DNA of 62,701 nt, from contig JAWLCP010000006.1 of NCBI GenBank assembly GCA_041687115.1, forward strand, positions 1-62,701, read 5' to 3'. A program made the position numbers and the translations under genes. How positions within the stretch are numbered: position 1 is the first letter of the stretch; every line of letters starts with the position of its first letter. The stretch comes from Anaerolineae bacterium. GTDB lineage: Bacteria > Chloroflexota > Anaerolineae > B4-G1. The notes under the pieces are model-generated. The model worked only from the letters and a program-made list of their open reading frames with translations. It made no database searches and was not told where the DNA came from. Below, in pieces: positions 22,844 through 32,802 of the stretch.

Positions 22844-23560
22844 TTACCGTGAAATCAGTGTCCCGATCGCTTCGCCCAGCACTGCTTTCTCAAGGCTGTG
22901 GGGTTGCCACATATTGAGCACCATGATGGGGAGATCGTTCTCCATGCAGAGCGAGATGGCCGTGGCATCCATGACTCCCACGCGCATCTCCAGAGCCTCC
23001 ATGTAGGTGAGTGCCTCAAAACGCTCTGCATCCGGGTTCTCCAGCGGATCTTCGGCGTAGACCCCATCCACCTTCGTGGCCTTGATCAGCAGATCGGCGT
23101 TGATCTCCATGGCTCGGAGCGCTGCTGCCGTGTCGGTGGTGAAGTACGGGTTGCCCGTGCCGCCGCCGACGATGACAATCCGTCCCTTCTCCAGGTGGCG
23201 AATGGCTCGGAGCCGGATGTACGGCTCGGCAATGGCTCGCATCTCAATGGCGGTCTGAACCCGGATCGTGGTCCCCATTCGCTCGAGAGCGTCGGCCAGC
23301 GCAAGGGTGTTCATCACGGTGGCCAGCATACCCATGTGGTCGGCGGTGGCCCGGTCCATGCCGTGCGCCAAGCCATCACGACCGCGCCAGATGTTGCCAG
23401 CGCCGAGGACGATCGCCACCTCCGTCTCCAGAGCGTGGACTGCCTGCACTTTGGCGGCGACCTCCTCTGCCATGTGAGGACTGATGCCAAAGCCGCCGGG
23501 CTCGGCAAGAGATTCGCCGCCCAGCTTGAGCAAGACTCGTTTGTACGTAGCTACAGCCAT
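22844..23560 (-). CDS. pyrH: UMP kinase
   Basis: ATG 23560 (AAGGAA RBS). [24 protein letters not shown], and [11 protein letters not shown]. Confidence 0.93.
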   Translation of the reverse strand: MAVATYKRVLLKLGGESLAEPGGFGISPHMAEEVAAKVQAVHALETEVAIVLGAGNIWRGRDGLAHGMDRATADHMGMLATVMNTLALADALERMGTTIRVQTAIEMRAIAEPYIRLRAIRHLEKGRIVIVGGGTGNPYFTTDTAAALRAMEINADLLIKATKVDGVYAEDPLENPDAERFEALTYMEALEMRVGVMDATAISLCMENDLPIMVLNMWQPHSLEKAVLGEAIGTLISR

Positions 23561-23646
23561 CGTTCCTTGCCTCGCGCGACGCCCCGGCGGCAATCCCGCG
23601 GCTTGGCTACAGGCCGAGGTTCACCGCCGGGCGTCCAGGACACAGG

Positions 23647-24240
23647 CTACTCCCCGACCTCGTACCTCTCAAAACGGCTCAAGACAACGAGCTCGCCGAA
23701 CGCCATGGTGGCCTCGTTGAGCAGGTCCTCGATCGTCTTGTCTTCGTTCTTGACAAATGGCTGTTCCAGCAGACAGACCTGCTGGTAGAACTTCTGCATC
23801 CGCCCCTCGACGATGCGCTCCACGATGTCTTCTGGCTTCCCCTCTTCCAGAGCTTGCTTGCGGTAGATCCGCTTCTCCTCCTCGATCACGTCCTCCGGTA
23901 CCGTCTCACGGGTGAAGTAGCGCGGCGCGGCAAAGGCGATGTGGAGGGCAAGGTTATGGGCCAGGTTCGCGAAGTCGTCCGTGCGAGCGACGAAGTCGGT
24001 CTCGCAATTGAGCTCCAACATCACGCCCACCTGGCTGCCGTGGTGCACATAGGCTTCTACTCGTCCCTCTGAGGCTGCGGCCTCACTCTTCTTCGCCGCT
24101 TCGGAGTGGCCCTTCTCGCGCAGATAGGCGATGGCCTTCTCAAAATCTCCGCCGGTCTCGTCCAGCGCCTCTCGGCAGTCCAGAACGCCAGCGCTCGTCG
24201 CATCTCGCAGTTCTTTGATCATCGACGTCGTGATTTCCAA
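23647..24240 (-). CDS. tsf: elongation factor Ts (short form)
   Basis: MIKELRDATSAGVLDCREALDETGGDFEKAIAYLREKG is a UBA-like N-terminus. The protein is 197 aa. Confidence 0.93.
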   Translation of the reverse strand: MEITTSMIKELRDATSAGVLDCREALDETGGDFEKAIAYLREKGHSEAAKKSEAAASEGRVEAYVHHGSQVGVMLELNCETDFVARTDDFANLAHNLALHIAFAAPRYFTRETVPEDVIEEEKRIYRKQALEEGKPEDIVERIVEGRMQKFYQQVCLLEQPFVKNEDKTIEDLLNEATMAFGELVVLSRFERYEVGE

Positions 24241-24314
24241 GTGGTCTTCTCCTCGTTCAGTCCACGGTGGTGTCTAACAGGGTCGCAGCCCCACGGATTG
24301 CGGGGGGCTGTGTC

Positions 24315-25217
24315 CTACTCGTCCGACTCCTCGGCGAGAGAGACTTCTTCCTCTCCTGCTTCTTCTTCCTCTTCTCCCTCGTCTTCTGCCTCAACTTCCA
24401 ACTCCTCCGTCTCGCCCTTGCCCTTGGCGGACAGCTCTTTCAGTCGGGCCAGCGTGGCAGCGCTGAGGTACTTCTCGTCCTCCAGATCGAGTTCCTCGAC
24501 CTCCGGCATCTCCTCTTCCGCTTCGTATGCTTTCCTGCGTGCAAGTCCTTCCAGAACCGCATCCGCCAGCTGGTGGGTGATCAGTCTGATAGCGCGGATC
24601 GCGTCATCGTTGGCGGGAATGACGTAGTCGATGGGATCCGGATCGCAGTTGGTGTCCACCATGGCGATGATGGGGATGCCCAGCTTGTCTGCCTCGGCAA
24701 CCGCCGTAGCTTCGCGCTTTATGTCGACCACGAACAACAAGTCCGGGAGCTCGCGCATCTCCTTGATGCCGCCCAGCCGCTGATTGAGCTTCTCGATCTC
24801 CCGCTCTCTCTCCAGGGCCTCCTTCTTCGGAAGGAGCTCGAAGTCTCCTCGCTCCCGACGGGCCTCCAGGTTGTGAAGGTAGTCGATTCGCTGCCGGATC
24901 GTCTGCCAGTTCGTCAATGTGCCACCTAGCCAGCGCAAAGTGACATACGGCATACCGCAGCGTTCCGCCTCTCGGGCGATCGTCGCCTGCGCCTGCCGCT
25001 TCGTGCCCACGAAGAGGGTCGTTCCTCCAGCGGCGACGGTATCCTCGACCAGGTCACAGGCATCACCCAGCGCCTCGAGCGTTTGCTGTACGTCGATGAT
25101 ATGCACCCCTTTGCGCTCGGTGAAGATGTAGGGAGCCATCTTGGGATGCCAACGGCGGGTGCGATGTCCGAAGTGCACGCCCGTTTCCAGGAGTGCTTTC
25201 ATAGAAATGTCAGCCAT
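24315..25217 (-). CDS. rpsB: 30S ribosomal protein S2 with long acidic C-terminal tail
   Basis: [19 protein letters not shown] and [32 protein letters not shown]. About 65 C-terminal residues are rich in E/D. Confidence 0.95.
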   Translation of the reverse strand: MADISMKALLETGVHFGHRTRRWHPKMAPYIFTERKGVHIIDVQQTLEALGDACDLVEDTVAAGGTTLFVGTKRQAQATIAREAERCGMPYVTLRWLGGTLTNWQTIRQRIDYLHNLEARRERGDFELLPKKEALEREREIEKLNQRLGGIKEMRELPDLLFVVDIKREATAVAEADKLGIPIIAMVDTNCDPDPIDYVIPANDDAIRAIRLITHQLADAVLEGLARRKAYEAEEEMPEVEELDLEDEKYLSAATLARLKELSAKGKGETEELEVEAEDEGEEEEEAGEEEVSLAEESDE

Positions 25218-25342
25218 TACAGGGGAAACCTCCTTATAACCGTTATTCCTCCGCCTCCATCGTCCCTTTGAGAGACCAGGGTGGCCGATCCCCTGGCACG
25301 GTCTCGCCGGTCAAGAGGCGTGTGTTATCGTCTACTGCAGGA

Positions 25343-25370
25343 ATTTTACCACAAGGCGGGATTTCGGCAA
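25343..25370 (-). promoter_or_regulatory. sigma-70-like promoter of the rpsB operon
   Basis: On the minus strand: TTGCCG (25365-25370), 16-nt spacer ending in TGG, TAAAAT (25343-25348). This leaves a leader of about 120 nt before rpsB. Confidence 0.5.
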
Positions 25371-25372
25371 GT

Positions 25373-26053
25373 TTAGTGGGCTTTTCCCGATTTCTTCGGG
25401 ACGGCGAAGCGATAGCCCACCCCGCGCACTGTGTGCAGGTAATCAGGCGACCCGGTGTTCTTCTCGATCGCCTCACGCACCCAATGAATATGCACGTCAA
25501 GGGTACGGGTATCGTCGGTGAAATCCGTCTCCCAGACTCGCTTCATGAGGAACTCGCGAGTCAGGATCTCGCCCGGATGGCGCATGAAGAGCTCCAACAG
25601 CTGGGCCTGCTTGGGGGTGAGATGGGACTCTCGGTCTCCCCGAGTGACCGAGCGACGTTTGACATTGAGGGTCAACTCACCTCTCTTCAGCAACTCGCCG
25701 TCGCCGGCCGGGAGCAGCCACGAGATCCGATTGATGAGCTTCTGCGAGGAGAAGGGGTGACGCAGATAGGCCCGGGCTCCGATCTCCTTTGGTGCCTCGC
25801 TGCCCTTGTACAGAAGAAGCACCGGGATGCAAATCCCATCATCGTCCAACGTATCGCAGAAGCGCCGGCGGCTGAAACGGAGAGACGGAGAATCCAGCAC
25901 GATTACCGCTGGCTGCGCTTCACCGATCTTGGTCAAGGCTTCCCTTCGAGTTCTCGCTGTGACCAGGTCGTATTCCTCGTCGAGTATCGGAGCTAGGCGC
26001 TCGCCCGCGGGCTTCCTTCCCTCCACGAGCAGCACTGTGTGTGATGAGGCCAC
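25373..26053 (-). CDS. OmpR/PhoB-family response regulator with degenerate receiver domain, no kinase adjacent
   Basis: GTG start with AGGAGG upstream. C-terminal winged helix LTPKQAQLLELFMRHPGEILTREFLMKRVW...VHIHWVREAIEKN...LHTVRGVGYRF. The receiver domain has LLVEGR instead of the DD pair, and HPF instead of KPF. Confidence 0.85.
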   Translation of the reverse strand: MASSHTVLLVEGRKPAGERLAPILDEEYDLVTARTRREALTKIGEAQPAVIVLDSPSLRFSRRRFCDTLDDDGICIPVLLLYKGSEAPKEIGARAYLRHPFSSQKLINRISWLLPAGDGELLKRGELTLNVKRRSVTRGDRESHLTPKQAQLLELFMRHPGEILTREFLMKRVWETDFTDDTRTLDVHIHWVREAIEKNTGSPDYLHTVRGVGYRFAVPKKSGKAH

Positions 26054-26394
26054 CTACCTGTTGCTCCTCCTTCTACGAGATGTTTTGCACGTACAGCTGT
26101 CCACTGACCGCATCTTGTCCATGCGTTCGCTGGGACAGTCTAAACATTGGTATTGAGCCGGTCAGAAAGACGTATCGGGAAGCCACGCCTTCCGACACAC
26201 GGTGACGTTCAATCTACGCTCTCCCGCCGCGAGAAGCCCACCCATTATACTCCATCCTCATAGGACTGCAAACCCAGGTGGGAGGGTGTCCCGGACTCAG
26301 GGGAGCCTGACGTTCGCGGCAATCATCGCTTTGAGGAGAAGGAGAGATCTGAGAAGGTCCGCGGCAGGCGAGGGGTTGCCCGACTGCTCGGGCC

Positions 26395-26423
26395 TTGCCC
26401 GGATTCGCGAGCCATGATACGAT
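26395..26423 (+). promoter_or_regulatory. candidate promoter of the flavin reductase gene
   Basis: TTGCCC (26395-26400), 17-nt spacer, TACGAT (26418-26423). Confidence 0.35.
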
Positions 26424-26499
26424 ACGTCCAGCTGGGACGACATCAGGGCGTGAAGACCCGCTGGTCCGGCTGCCACTTACTGAACAGGAGGATTCCACG

Positions 26500-27057
26500 A
26501 TGGCGAAGGTTGCTCGAGATCCCACGACGGCCCTTTACCCGCTGCCGGCGGTGCTGGTTAGTTGTGGCATCGGCCCGCGGGCCAATATCATCACTCTGGC
26601 CTGGGTTGGCACGCTCTGTTCGGATCCGCCGACGATTGGGATTGGAGTGCGGCCGAGTCGATATTCGCACGGGCTGATCGAGGAGGTCGGTGAGTTCGTG
26701 GTCAACCTGCCCACTGCCGATCAGGTTGAGTGGGTTGATACCTGTGGGGTGGTCTCAGGACGGGACGAGGATAAGTGGGCTGCGTGCGGATTCACGCGTG
26801 GTGCTGGGGTAGAGGTGGACGTGCCCCTCATCGCTGAATGTCCCATCAACATCGAGTGCCGTCTGGACCGAACGCTGTCGCTGGGCAGTCACGATCTTTT
26901 CATCGGGCGGATCGTGGCCGTGCACGCAGACGAGGGCCTGCTGGATGACCGGGGAAGGTTACACGTCGCGAAAGCAGACCTTTTCGCCTATGTGGGTGGC
27001 GACTACCGTCGAGTGGGGGAGTTGCTGGGTAAACACGGCTTCTCGCGGCCGGGCTGA
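26500..27057 (+). CDS. flavin reductase-like (split-barrel FMN-binding) protein
   Basis: ATG 26500 lies 8 nt after AGGAGG. ALYPLPAVLVSCG...NIITLAWVGTLCSDPPTIGIGVRPSRYSHGLIEEVGEFVVNL is typical of the flavoredoxin/Flavin_Reduct family. Confidence 0.8.
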   Translation: MAKVARDPTTALYPLPAVLVSCGIGPRANIITLAWVGTLCSDPPTIGIGVRPSRYSHGLIEEVGEFVVNLPTADQVEWVDTCGVVSGRDEDKWAACGFTRGAGVEVDVPLIAECPINIECRLDRTLSLGSHDLFIGRIVAVHADEGLLDDRGRLHVAKADLFAYVGGDYRRVGELLGKHGFSRPG

Positions 27058-27063
27058 AGCGCG

Positions 27064-27912
27064 TCAGGGGGCCTTGTTGCCGGGCCTGATGTAGCGCACT
27101 TCCCTGTACTCCTCGATCCGCTCCTTTACCTCGCGCTTCAGGATGTTTCCGGACACGTGCATGATGGTATCGTCGAAATCGTCGTCGATCCCCATGCTGG
27201 CCAGGCACGGGTAATGGTGATGGAGCAGCCCGGCCAGGCGCTCCGCGTCGTCGGCGGGCACACCGACCAACTCCTGGGCCACGTAGCGAGCGCAGCCGCA
27301 CACCGCATCCCGGAGGACCTCGATCTCGAGGATGTCCCGCGTCTCGGGGTCGGCGCTTATGCGGAACTGGGGACGGCCGAAGTGACGCGCAAACTGGGCG
27401 ATCAGGGGGTCGTCGTATTCCGTACGGTGCCGCCTCACGTTGTAGTGCGTCTCGGTCAGTGAGCAGAGGGGCTTGGGCGTGACGCAAGTGACGTCCACCT
27501 CGGCCAGCCACGCCCGCAGCTGGCGGGCCAGCCCGCGGGGCAGCCATTCCTCACGATCGACCGGCGCGATGACAGCCTGCGCCCCTGTCCTGCCGACAAT
27601 CTCGGGGAGCAACTCGACGACCCCCTTGTGCTCGCCGAAGGCGAGGACAAGATCGATGTCCTCTCCCTCGCCAGGCAAAGCGTCGGGCAGATGGTCCTCC
27701 GGATAGTCGATGATGGGCGGGTAGAAGGCCGGTGCCCGCCACACATCGATCTCCCATCCGTCTGGCGCGTGGCGGCGGATGTTGTCCACGTGTCGCTGCC
27801 CGTATCCGCCCGTGATAATGGCCAGGATTCGCATATCAGGGTGTCTGAGCCTCATGCTCCGAGTCTGTCGTCCTTCAGTTTCTGGACGACAGGCCTGTAC
27901 TTCATCACTCAC
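27064..27912 (-). CDS. hypothetical protein, possibly DUF166-like
   Basis: The coding frame overlaps the hcp stop by 8 nt (ATGAGTGA). [24 protein letters not shown]...[20 protein letters not shown] recalls DUF166. The family call is from memory only. Alternative starts are at 27855 and 27834. Confidence 0.4.
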   Translation of the reverse strand: MSDEVQACRPETEGRQTRSMRLRHPDMRILAIITGGYGQRHVDNIRRHAPDGWEIDVWRAPAFYPPIIDYPEDHLPDALPGEGEDIDLVLAFGEHKGVVELLPEIVGRTGAQAVIAPVDREEWLPRGLARQLRAWLAEVDVTCVTPKPLCSLTETHYNVRRHRTEYDDPLIAQFARHFGRPQFRISADPETRDILEIEVLRDAVCGCARYVAQELVGVPADDAERLAGLLHHHYPCLASMGIDDDFDDTIMHVSGNILKREVKERIEEYREVRYIRPGNKAP

Positions 27913-29584
27913 CCATCATCATGGCGGCGATGTCGTCTTGGACGGTTCCGATACGTTTGATGTCAAACTTGTCCACCAGGACCCTGGCCACGTTGGGAGA
28001 GAAGAAGGCTGGCAGGGTAGGTCCGAGGCGGATACCCTTGACGCCGAGGGACAGAAGGGCCAGCAAGACGGCTACGGCCTTCTGCTCGTACCAGGCGATG
28101 TTGTAGGAGATGGGGAGCCCGTTGATGTCTTCGAGCTCGAATGCCTCTCTGAGCTTGAGCGCAATCACTGCCAGAGAGTACGAATCGTTACACTGCCCCG
28201 CATCCAGCACGCGGGGAATGCCGCCGATGTCGCCCAGGTCCAGCTTGTTGTACCGATACTTGGCGCATCCGGCCGTGAGGATCACCGTGTCCTCGGGGAG
28301 GTTCTGGGCCACCTCGGTGTAGTAGCTGCGCGTCTTGTGCCGCCCGTCGCAGCCGCCCATGACGACGAAGCGCTTGATGGCTCCTGACTTCACCGCGTCG
28401 ATCACCTTGTCCGCCAGGGCCAGAACCTGATCGTGGGCGAATCCACCCACGATCTTGCCAGATTCGATCTCTTCCGGCGGCGCACTTGCCCTGGCCAGCG
28501 AGACCACCTCGGAGAAATCCTTTGCCCTGCCTTCCAGTCTCTCAGCAATGTGCCTGGCCCCAGGATAGCTCACCACGCCGGTGGTGAACAGCCTATCCAG
28601 GTACGTGTTCTGCTTTCTTACAGGAATCAGGCAGTTGGTAGTCAGGATGATCGGGCCGTTGAACGATTCGAATTCCTGGTTCTGACGCCACCACGACCCG
28701 CCGTAGTTGCCCGCGAAGTGATCGTACTTCTTGAATGCCGGGTAGTAGTTGGCGGGCAGCATCTCCCCGTGCGTGTAGACATCCACCCCCGTGCCCTCGG
28801 TCTGCTTTAGCAGCTCTTCCATGTCCTTCAAGTCGTGACCGGAGATCAGGATGCCAGGGTTGTCTCTGACCCCGATGTTGACCTCCGTGATCTCGGGATG
28901 GCCATACGTGGTTGTATGGGCTTCGTCCAGCAGGGCCATGGTGTTGACTGCCATCTCGCCAGCCCTCATGACCATGGCGACCATCTCGTCGGTAGAGAGA
29001 TCCCGGGTGGTCGACGCCAGGGCCTCCATGAGGAAAGCGTCGATATCATCCTTGTCATAGCCCAGAATGGCGGCGTGGTCGGCATAGGCGGCGATTCCCT
29101 TGCAGCCGATAATTAGCAGCTCTCTGAGGGAGCGCACGTCCTCATCCTGGGTGGATGTTATGCGAACGTCGTCGGACATGGCCTTGGCCATGATCTCCTC
29201 ATCGTCCTCCGGAGTCCATGTGGCGCAGTCTGGTGGCGGGCCGGAGACGGAGGCTCCAACCTTCTCCCTGACGGCGGCCCGGACCTCGAGGCCTTCCTTG
29301 ATCCAGTCGGTGATCACATCATCGTCCCAGGCCACGTTCGTAACGGTGACGAAAAGGGCCTTGCTAATGAACCGGGCGGCGTCCTTGTCCACCGTGCCCT
29401 GTTTGCGTAGCTTCTCGCCGTAGACGGCGATGCCCTTACATACGAAGATGAGCAGATCCTGAAGATCCGCCGTCTCCTCGGGTTTCCCACAGACACCCTT
29501 CACCGTGCAGGCTTCATTCTTGGCCGTCTCCTGACATTGAAAGCAGAACAACTGAGTCCTCCCTTGGTCTTGTGTCAGCCTCAC
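27905..29584 (-). CDS. hcp: hybrid-cluster protein / hydroxylamine reductase
   Basis: N-terminal Cys cluster [22 protein letters not shown]. Prismane family blocks [28 protein letters not shown] and [11 protein letters not shown]. Confidence 0.95.
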   Translation of the reverse strand: MRLTQDQGRTQLFCFQCQETAKNEACTVKGVCGKPEETADLQDLLIFVCKGIAVYGEKLRKQGTVDKDAARFISKALFVTVTNVAWDDDVITDWIKEGLEVRAAVREKVGASVSGPPPDCATWTPEDDEEIMAKAMSDDVRITSTQDEDVRSLRELLIIGCKGIAAYADHAAILGYDKDDIDAFLMEALASTTRDLSTDEMVAMVMRAGEMAVNTMALLDEAHTTTYGHPEITEVNIGVRDNPGILISGHDLKDMEELLKQTEGTGVDVYTHGEMLPANYYPAFKKYDHFAGNYGGSWWRQNQEFESFNGPIILTTNCLIPVRKQNTYLDRLFTTGVVSYPGARHIAERLEGRAKDFSEVVSLARASAPPEEIESGKIVGGFAHDQVLALADKVIDAVKSGAIKRFVVMGGCDGRHKTRSYYTEVAQNLPEDTVILTAGCAKYRYNKLDLGDIGGIPRVLDAGQCNDSYSLAVIALKLREAFELEDINGLPISYNIAWYEQKAVAVLLALLSLGVKGIRLGPTLPAFFSPNVARVLVDKFDIKRIGTVQDDIAAMMMGE

Positions 29585-29623
29585 ATACGGGGTTGCACCA
29601 GGATTCTGACCGTGAAAAACCTG

Positions 29624-29998
29624 TTACCCGTGAATGAGTTGCGGGAGGCAGCGCGTGCAGACCCAGAGGCTCTGACCTCCCGTTCGGCAGGGGAGCAGCA
29701 CGCGGCTGGCCTCCCCCGCACTGCAGACGTGGCACCTCTGCTCGATGTATGTCTGGTCACGTTCCGCCACCTTCTTCTCGGCAGCGTGCTCGTCGAATGC
29801 CGGGGCCTCCCGCGTCTCGATGGTCAACGCGGCGGTGGGGCACACGCCGATGCAGAAGCCTGCGCCGTCGCACAGTTCCTCCCGCACGACGCGCGCCTTC
29901 CCGTTCACCATCTCGATGGCGCCCTCCGCACAGGGGGCGACACACGCACCGCATCCGTTGCACAGCTCCTCGTCGATGTGCACGATCTGTCGTTTCAT
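29624..29998 (-). CDS. 2x[4Fe-4S] ferredoxin-domain protein with C-terminal Cys-rich (CxxC...CxxC) tail
   Basis: CNGCGACVAPCAEGAI and CDGAGFCIGVCPTAAL, then CHVCS...CTRC. Confidence 0.85.
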   Translation of the reverse strand: MKRQIVHIDEELCNGCGACVAPCAEGAIEMVNGKARVVREELCDGAGFCIGVCPTAALTIETREAPAFDEHAAEKKVAERDQTYIEQRCHVCSAGEASRVLLPCRTGGQSLWVCTRCLPQLIHG

Positions 29999-30012
29999 TC
30001 TTGCTGCTCTCG

Positions 30013-30291
30013 TTAGACGGCTTCCACGCGCGTGACTTCGGGCACTTGCTTCTGCAGTGTGCGCTCAATGCCCATCTTGAGGGTCATCGTCGACATCGGA
30101 CAGCCCCGGCAGGCGCCGGTTAGACGCAGCGATACCACGCCCTCATCGCTCACCTCGACCAACTCGACGTCTCCCCCATCCGCCTGGAGCGCTGGCCTGA
30201 CCGTCGCCAGCGACTTCTCCACCTTCTCCCGTAGGGTCACTTCACCCGTGTTCATAAGTCGTTTCACTCCTTTGGTTGTTTGCTTGCTCAT
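30013..30291 (-). CDS. NifU C-terminal domain (Nfu-type) Fe-S assembly protein
   Basis: VRPALQADGGDVELVEVSDEGVVSLRLTGACRGCPMSTMTLKMGIE. ATG 30291 overlaps the upstream ferredoxin TGA. An alternative ATG at 30255 has a GGAG RBS. Confidence 0.8.
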   Translation of the reverse strand: MSKQTTKGVKRLMNTGEVTLREKVEKSLATVRPALQADGGDVELVEVSDEGVVSLRLTGACRGCPMSTMTLKMGIERTLQKQVPEVTRVEAV

Positions 30292-30500
30292 TCGCCTACC
30301 CAGACAATCTCGAACGGACACGCGATCGCACCTTGTGGACACATGGCCTCGCAATCGGTGCAGTACGTGCAGTCCCGGGGTCGGAGGATGAACGGCCCAT
30401 CCGGCCCCATCTCCACCGCATCCGTGGGACAATGCTCGACGCACAATCCACACTGATCGCAGCGCTCAAGATCGATCTCCGGCAGTACCCAATTGCTCAT
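30288..30500 (-). CDS. small 2x[4Fe-4S] ferredoxin
   Basis: CDQCGLCVEHCPTDAV and CTYCTDCEAMCPQGAI. I prefer ATG 30500 (70 aa) over GTG 30572, because a TATACT -10 element lies inside the longer ORF. Confidence 0.7.
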   Translation of the reverse strand: MSNWVLPEIDLERCDQCGLCVEHCPTDAVEMGPDGPFILRPRDCTYCTDCEAMCPQGAIACPFEIVWVGE

Positions 30501-30510
30501 ATCACGCTTT

Positions 30511-30555
30511 AGTATACCATAAAGGAGGACATCTGTCTGTGACAAAGGTCGCACA
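30511..30555 (-). promoter_or_regulatory. candidate promoter plus Crp/Fnr-type site of the ferredoxin-nfu-hcp operon
   Basis: On the minus strand, TATACT (30511-30516) ends 10 nt before ATG 30500, so the mRNA would be leaderless or nearly so. An imperfect palindrome TGTGCGACCTTTGTCACA (30538-30555) is centred about 42 nt upstream of the inferred TSS. Confidence 0.35.
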
Positions 30556-30603
30556 GCGTTCCGGCTCTGCACAGCAATCGCCTGATGGTCGCCGTGTCCG
30601 GCT

Positions 30604-31530
30604 CTACAACAGGGCTCCTAGTGTGATGAGGATCATCGAGCCAAGCATGTGCAGCGAGGCAGACTTGAACAGCACGTCATTCAGCCTGGAAGAGGGCCTC
30701 CCGATCGACCACATTGAAAGGCCCAGCATCACCGTGCCCAAGAGGCCCAACAGGGCCAGGCTGGATGGGCAGATGCGCAGCAGCCAGCCTGCCCACACCA
30801 GCGCGACGATGCGCAGCCCGTTGGCGACCGCGATGAAGCGGCGCGCCGAGTCGAAACCGTGGACCGTCGGCCACGTCGGCACGCCGGCCCGGCGGTAGTC
30901 GTCGGCGTACTTCATCGAAAGCGGCATGATGTGCGCCGGGATCCACGTCAAGACGGACAGCGCCAGGAGCAGTCCCAGCCCGTCCACCTTTCCGGTCCCC
31001 AGGGCCCGTCCCGCGAGGATCGGCATCCCGCCCGCGATGCCACCGAAGACGATGGACCATGGAGAGCGACGTTTGAGCCACAGCGTGTAGACGAGCAGGT
31101 CGAAGAGCACGCCGGCCGCGAACACCGCGCCGAAAACCACGTCTGCCCAGAAGGCGGTTGCCAGACCGAAGCTGATGAGCGCAGCGCCGAAGAGAGTTGC
31201 CTCGGTGGGGGACAAGACGCCTGCCGGGATCGGTCGCCCGGCAGTGCGTTCCATGCGGGCATCGATGTCGCAGTCCAGCACCATGTTGAGCGCCGTCGTT
31301 CCGCTGATGGCGGCAAACAAGCTGAGCGACAGCGACAGAACATCCGTCCAGGATGCGCTCTGGGGCCTGGCACTGAGGTACCCGGCCATGCCCGTGGCGA
31401 GCAGAAGCAGCGTCTGACGGCTCTTGATCAGGGCCCGGTAGGCGTGCAGCTTATCTGCTGGGTCAGTCTTGGAGGCGTTCACCCCGTTCTCGCGCATTCC
31501 AACCCTCTCCAATCCCGTGCGCGTGGTCAC
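30604..31530 (-). CDS. UbiA-family prenyltransferase, heme O synthase (CtaB/CyoE)-like
   Basis: Multi-TM protein. YRALIKSRQTLLLLATGMAGYL and NMVLDCDIDARMERTAGRPIPAG match the protoheme IX farnesyltransferase pattern. No cytochrome oxidase genes are nearby. Confidence 0.65.
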   Translation of the reverse strand: MTTRTGLERVGMRENGVNASKTDPADKLHAYRALIKSRQTLLLLATGMAGYLSARPQSASWTDVLSLSLSLFAAISGTTALNMVLDCDIDARMERTAGRPIPAGVLSPTEATLFGAALISFGLATAFWADVVFGAVFAAGVLFDLLVYTLWLKRRSPWSIVFGGIAGGMPILAGRALGTGKVDGLGLLLALSVLTWIPAHIMPLSMKYADDYRRAGVPTWPTVHGFDSARRFIAVANGLRIVALVWAGWLLRICPSSLALLGLLGTVMLGLSMWSIGRPSSRLNDVLFKSASLHMLGSMILITLGALL

Positions 31531-31632
31531 GCCTCACTCTCCTCCCCTGTCCACCGACCCGGTGGCGAGGTCAGGTCGATCAATCGTCGACCCAGGAATA
31601 GGGCCAGCCTACTGCGATAACGGGAGCCCTGA

Positions 31633-32457
31633 CTAGGCCTTGGCTCGCCACTTCAACGTGCCCTCCTGCGGACAGGCCTCGATGCAGGCACCGCACGCGA
31701 AACAGTCGGCGTGAAGCGGAGCATCGGCGTAGAAGTCGCCCATAGCTCCCGAAGGGCAGGCTTTGACGCAGAGTCTGCATTCCTTGCAAAGGTCCCGGTC
31801 GATGCGTGGGCGCATCAAGCTTACCTGCTCCACCAGCCAGCCGGTTAATCCAAACGGGCAAAGGAACCGACACCAGGGTCGGTATACGAACAGGCTGGCG
31901 AGGAGAAGCGCTCCGGAGAACAGACCAATCGCCCAGGTGACGTCGAAAGAGAAGATCAGGAACGGGTCAATGACGCCGATCCAATCCATCCCCGCCACGA
32001 TTAGCCCTCCCAGCAGTGCCACGAAGGCCAGGATGCGCACGCTGTTCGAAAGCCAGAACGGTGGTTCCCATTTTGGCAGTTCCACACGATGGAGCAGGTC
32101 CTGCAGCAGTCCCAGCTGGCAGGCCCACCCACAGATCGACTTGTTGGAAACCCACACGGCCACCAGCAGGATCGCCAGCATCGCGGCCACCGGGAGCACA
32201 AGCTGGCCACGCACCAGGATGCTGGTGACCAGCGTCCGGAGCGAAGCGACCGGATTCGGGTTCAACCCGCCGGGGATGAGAAGGCCGAAGAGAAATCCAA
32301 AGACCAGAACCCCGCCGACGAGAAACACCAGGCGGACCTTCGATGTCGCCTTGCGCCGGCGCAAGAGCACGGTGACCGCGGCGACCGTCGCGATCCACAG
32401 AACGAACTTCACCAGAATGAGAGGGTTCAACCCTGCAGATCCGGGCATGGGAAGCAC
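31633..32457 (-). CDS. membrane-bound 4Fe-4S protein (NapH/MauN/YccM-like)
   Basis: TM helices with CGWACQLG and YRPWCRFLCPFG motifs. C-terminal ferredoxin motifs CKECRLCVKACP and CFACGACIEACP. Confidence 0.75.
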   Translation of the reverse strand: MLPMPGSAGLNPLILVKFVLWIATVAAVTVLLRRRKATSKVRLVFLVGGVLVFGFLFGLLIPGGLNPNPVASLRTLVTSILVRGQLVLPVAAMLAILLVAVWVSNKSICGWACQLGLLQDLLHRVELPKWEPPFWLSNSVRILAFVALLGGLIVAGMDWIGVIDPFLIFSFDVTWAIGLFSGALLLASLFVYRPWCRFLCPFGLTGWLVEQVSLMRPRIDRDLCKECRLCVKACPSGAMGDFYADAPLHADCFACGACIEACPQEGTLKWRAKA

Positions 32458-32463
32458 CTCCTC

Positions 32464-32802
32464 CTACAGAACCCGGGTCGACTCGGTTGGACGTGGCGTC
32501 TTCACCACCAGGAACCGAAACACATCGCCGCTCTCGTTAAGGAGACGGTGCGGGATGCGGGCCGGGCTGTCGATCAACTGGTCGGCCGATACTTGCTCTC
32601 GCTCTTCGCCGATCTCGACGATGCCCTCCCCTTCCAGGATGTAGAAGAAGACATCCACCGGCGTCACGTGTCGCTTAAGTGCCTCGCCTGGCTTCAGCGT
32701 CACCATCGATACTTGGACGTGCTCTGTGGCGTGCAGGGCTCGCGCGCTGACGCCGTGTGGATTGGGGGCCTCGGGGGCCGCCAGTGCGTTCACAGTCTTC
32801 AT
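32464..32802 (-). CDS. cupin domain protein
   Basis: 112 aa. HATEHVQVSMVTLKPGEALKRHVTPVDVFFYILEGEGIV...PARIPHRLLN is a typical cupin_2 two-motif pattern. Confidence 0.75.
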   Translation of the reverse strand: MKTVNALAAPEAPNPHGVSARALHATEHVQVSMVTLKPGEALKRHVTPVDVFFYILEGEGIVEIGEEREQVSADQLIDSPARIPHRLLNESGDVFRFLVVKTPRPTESTRVL

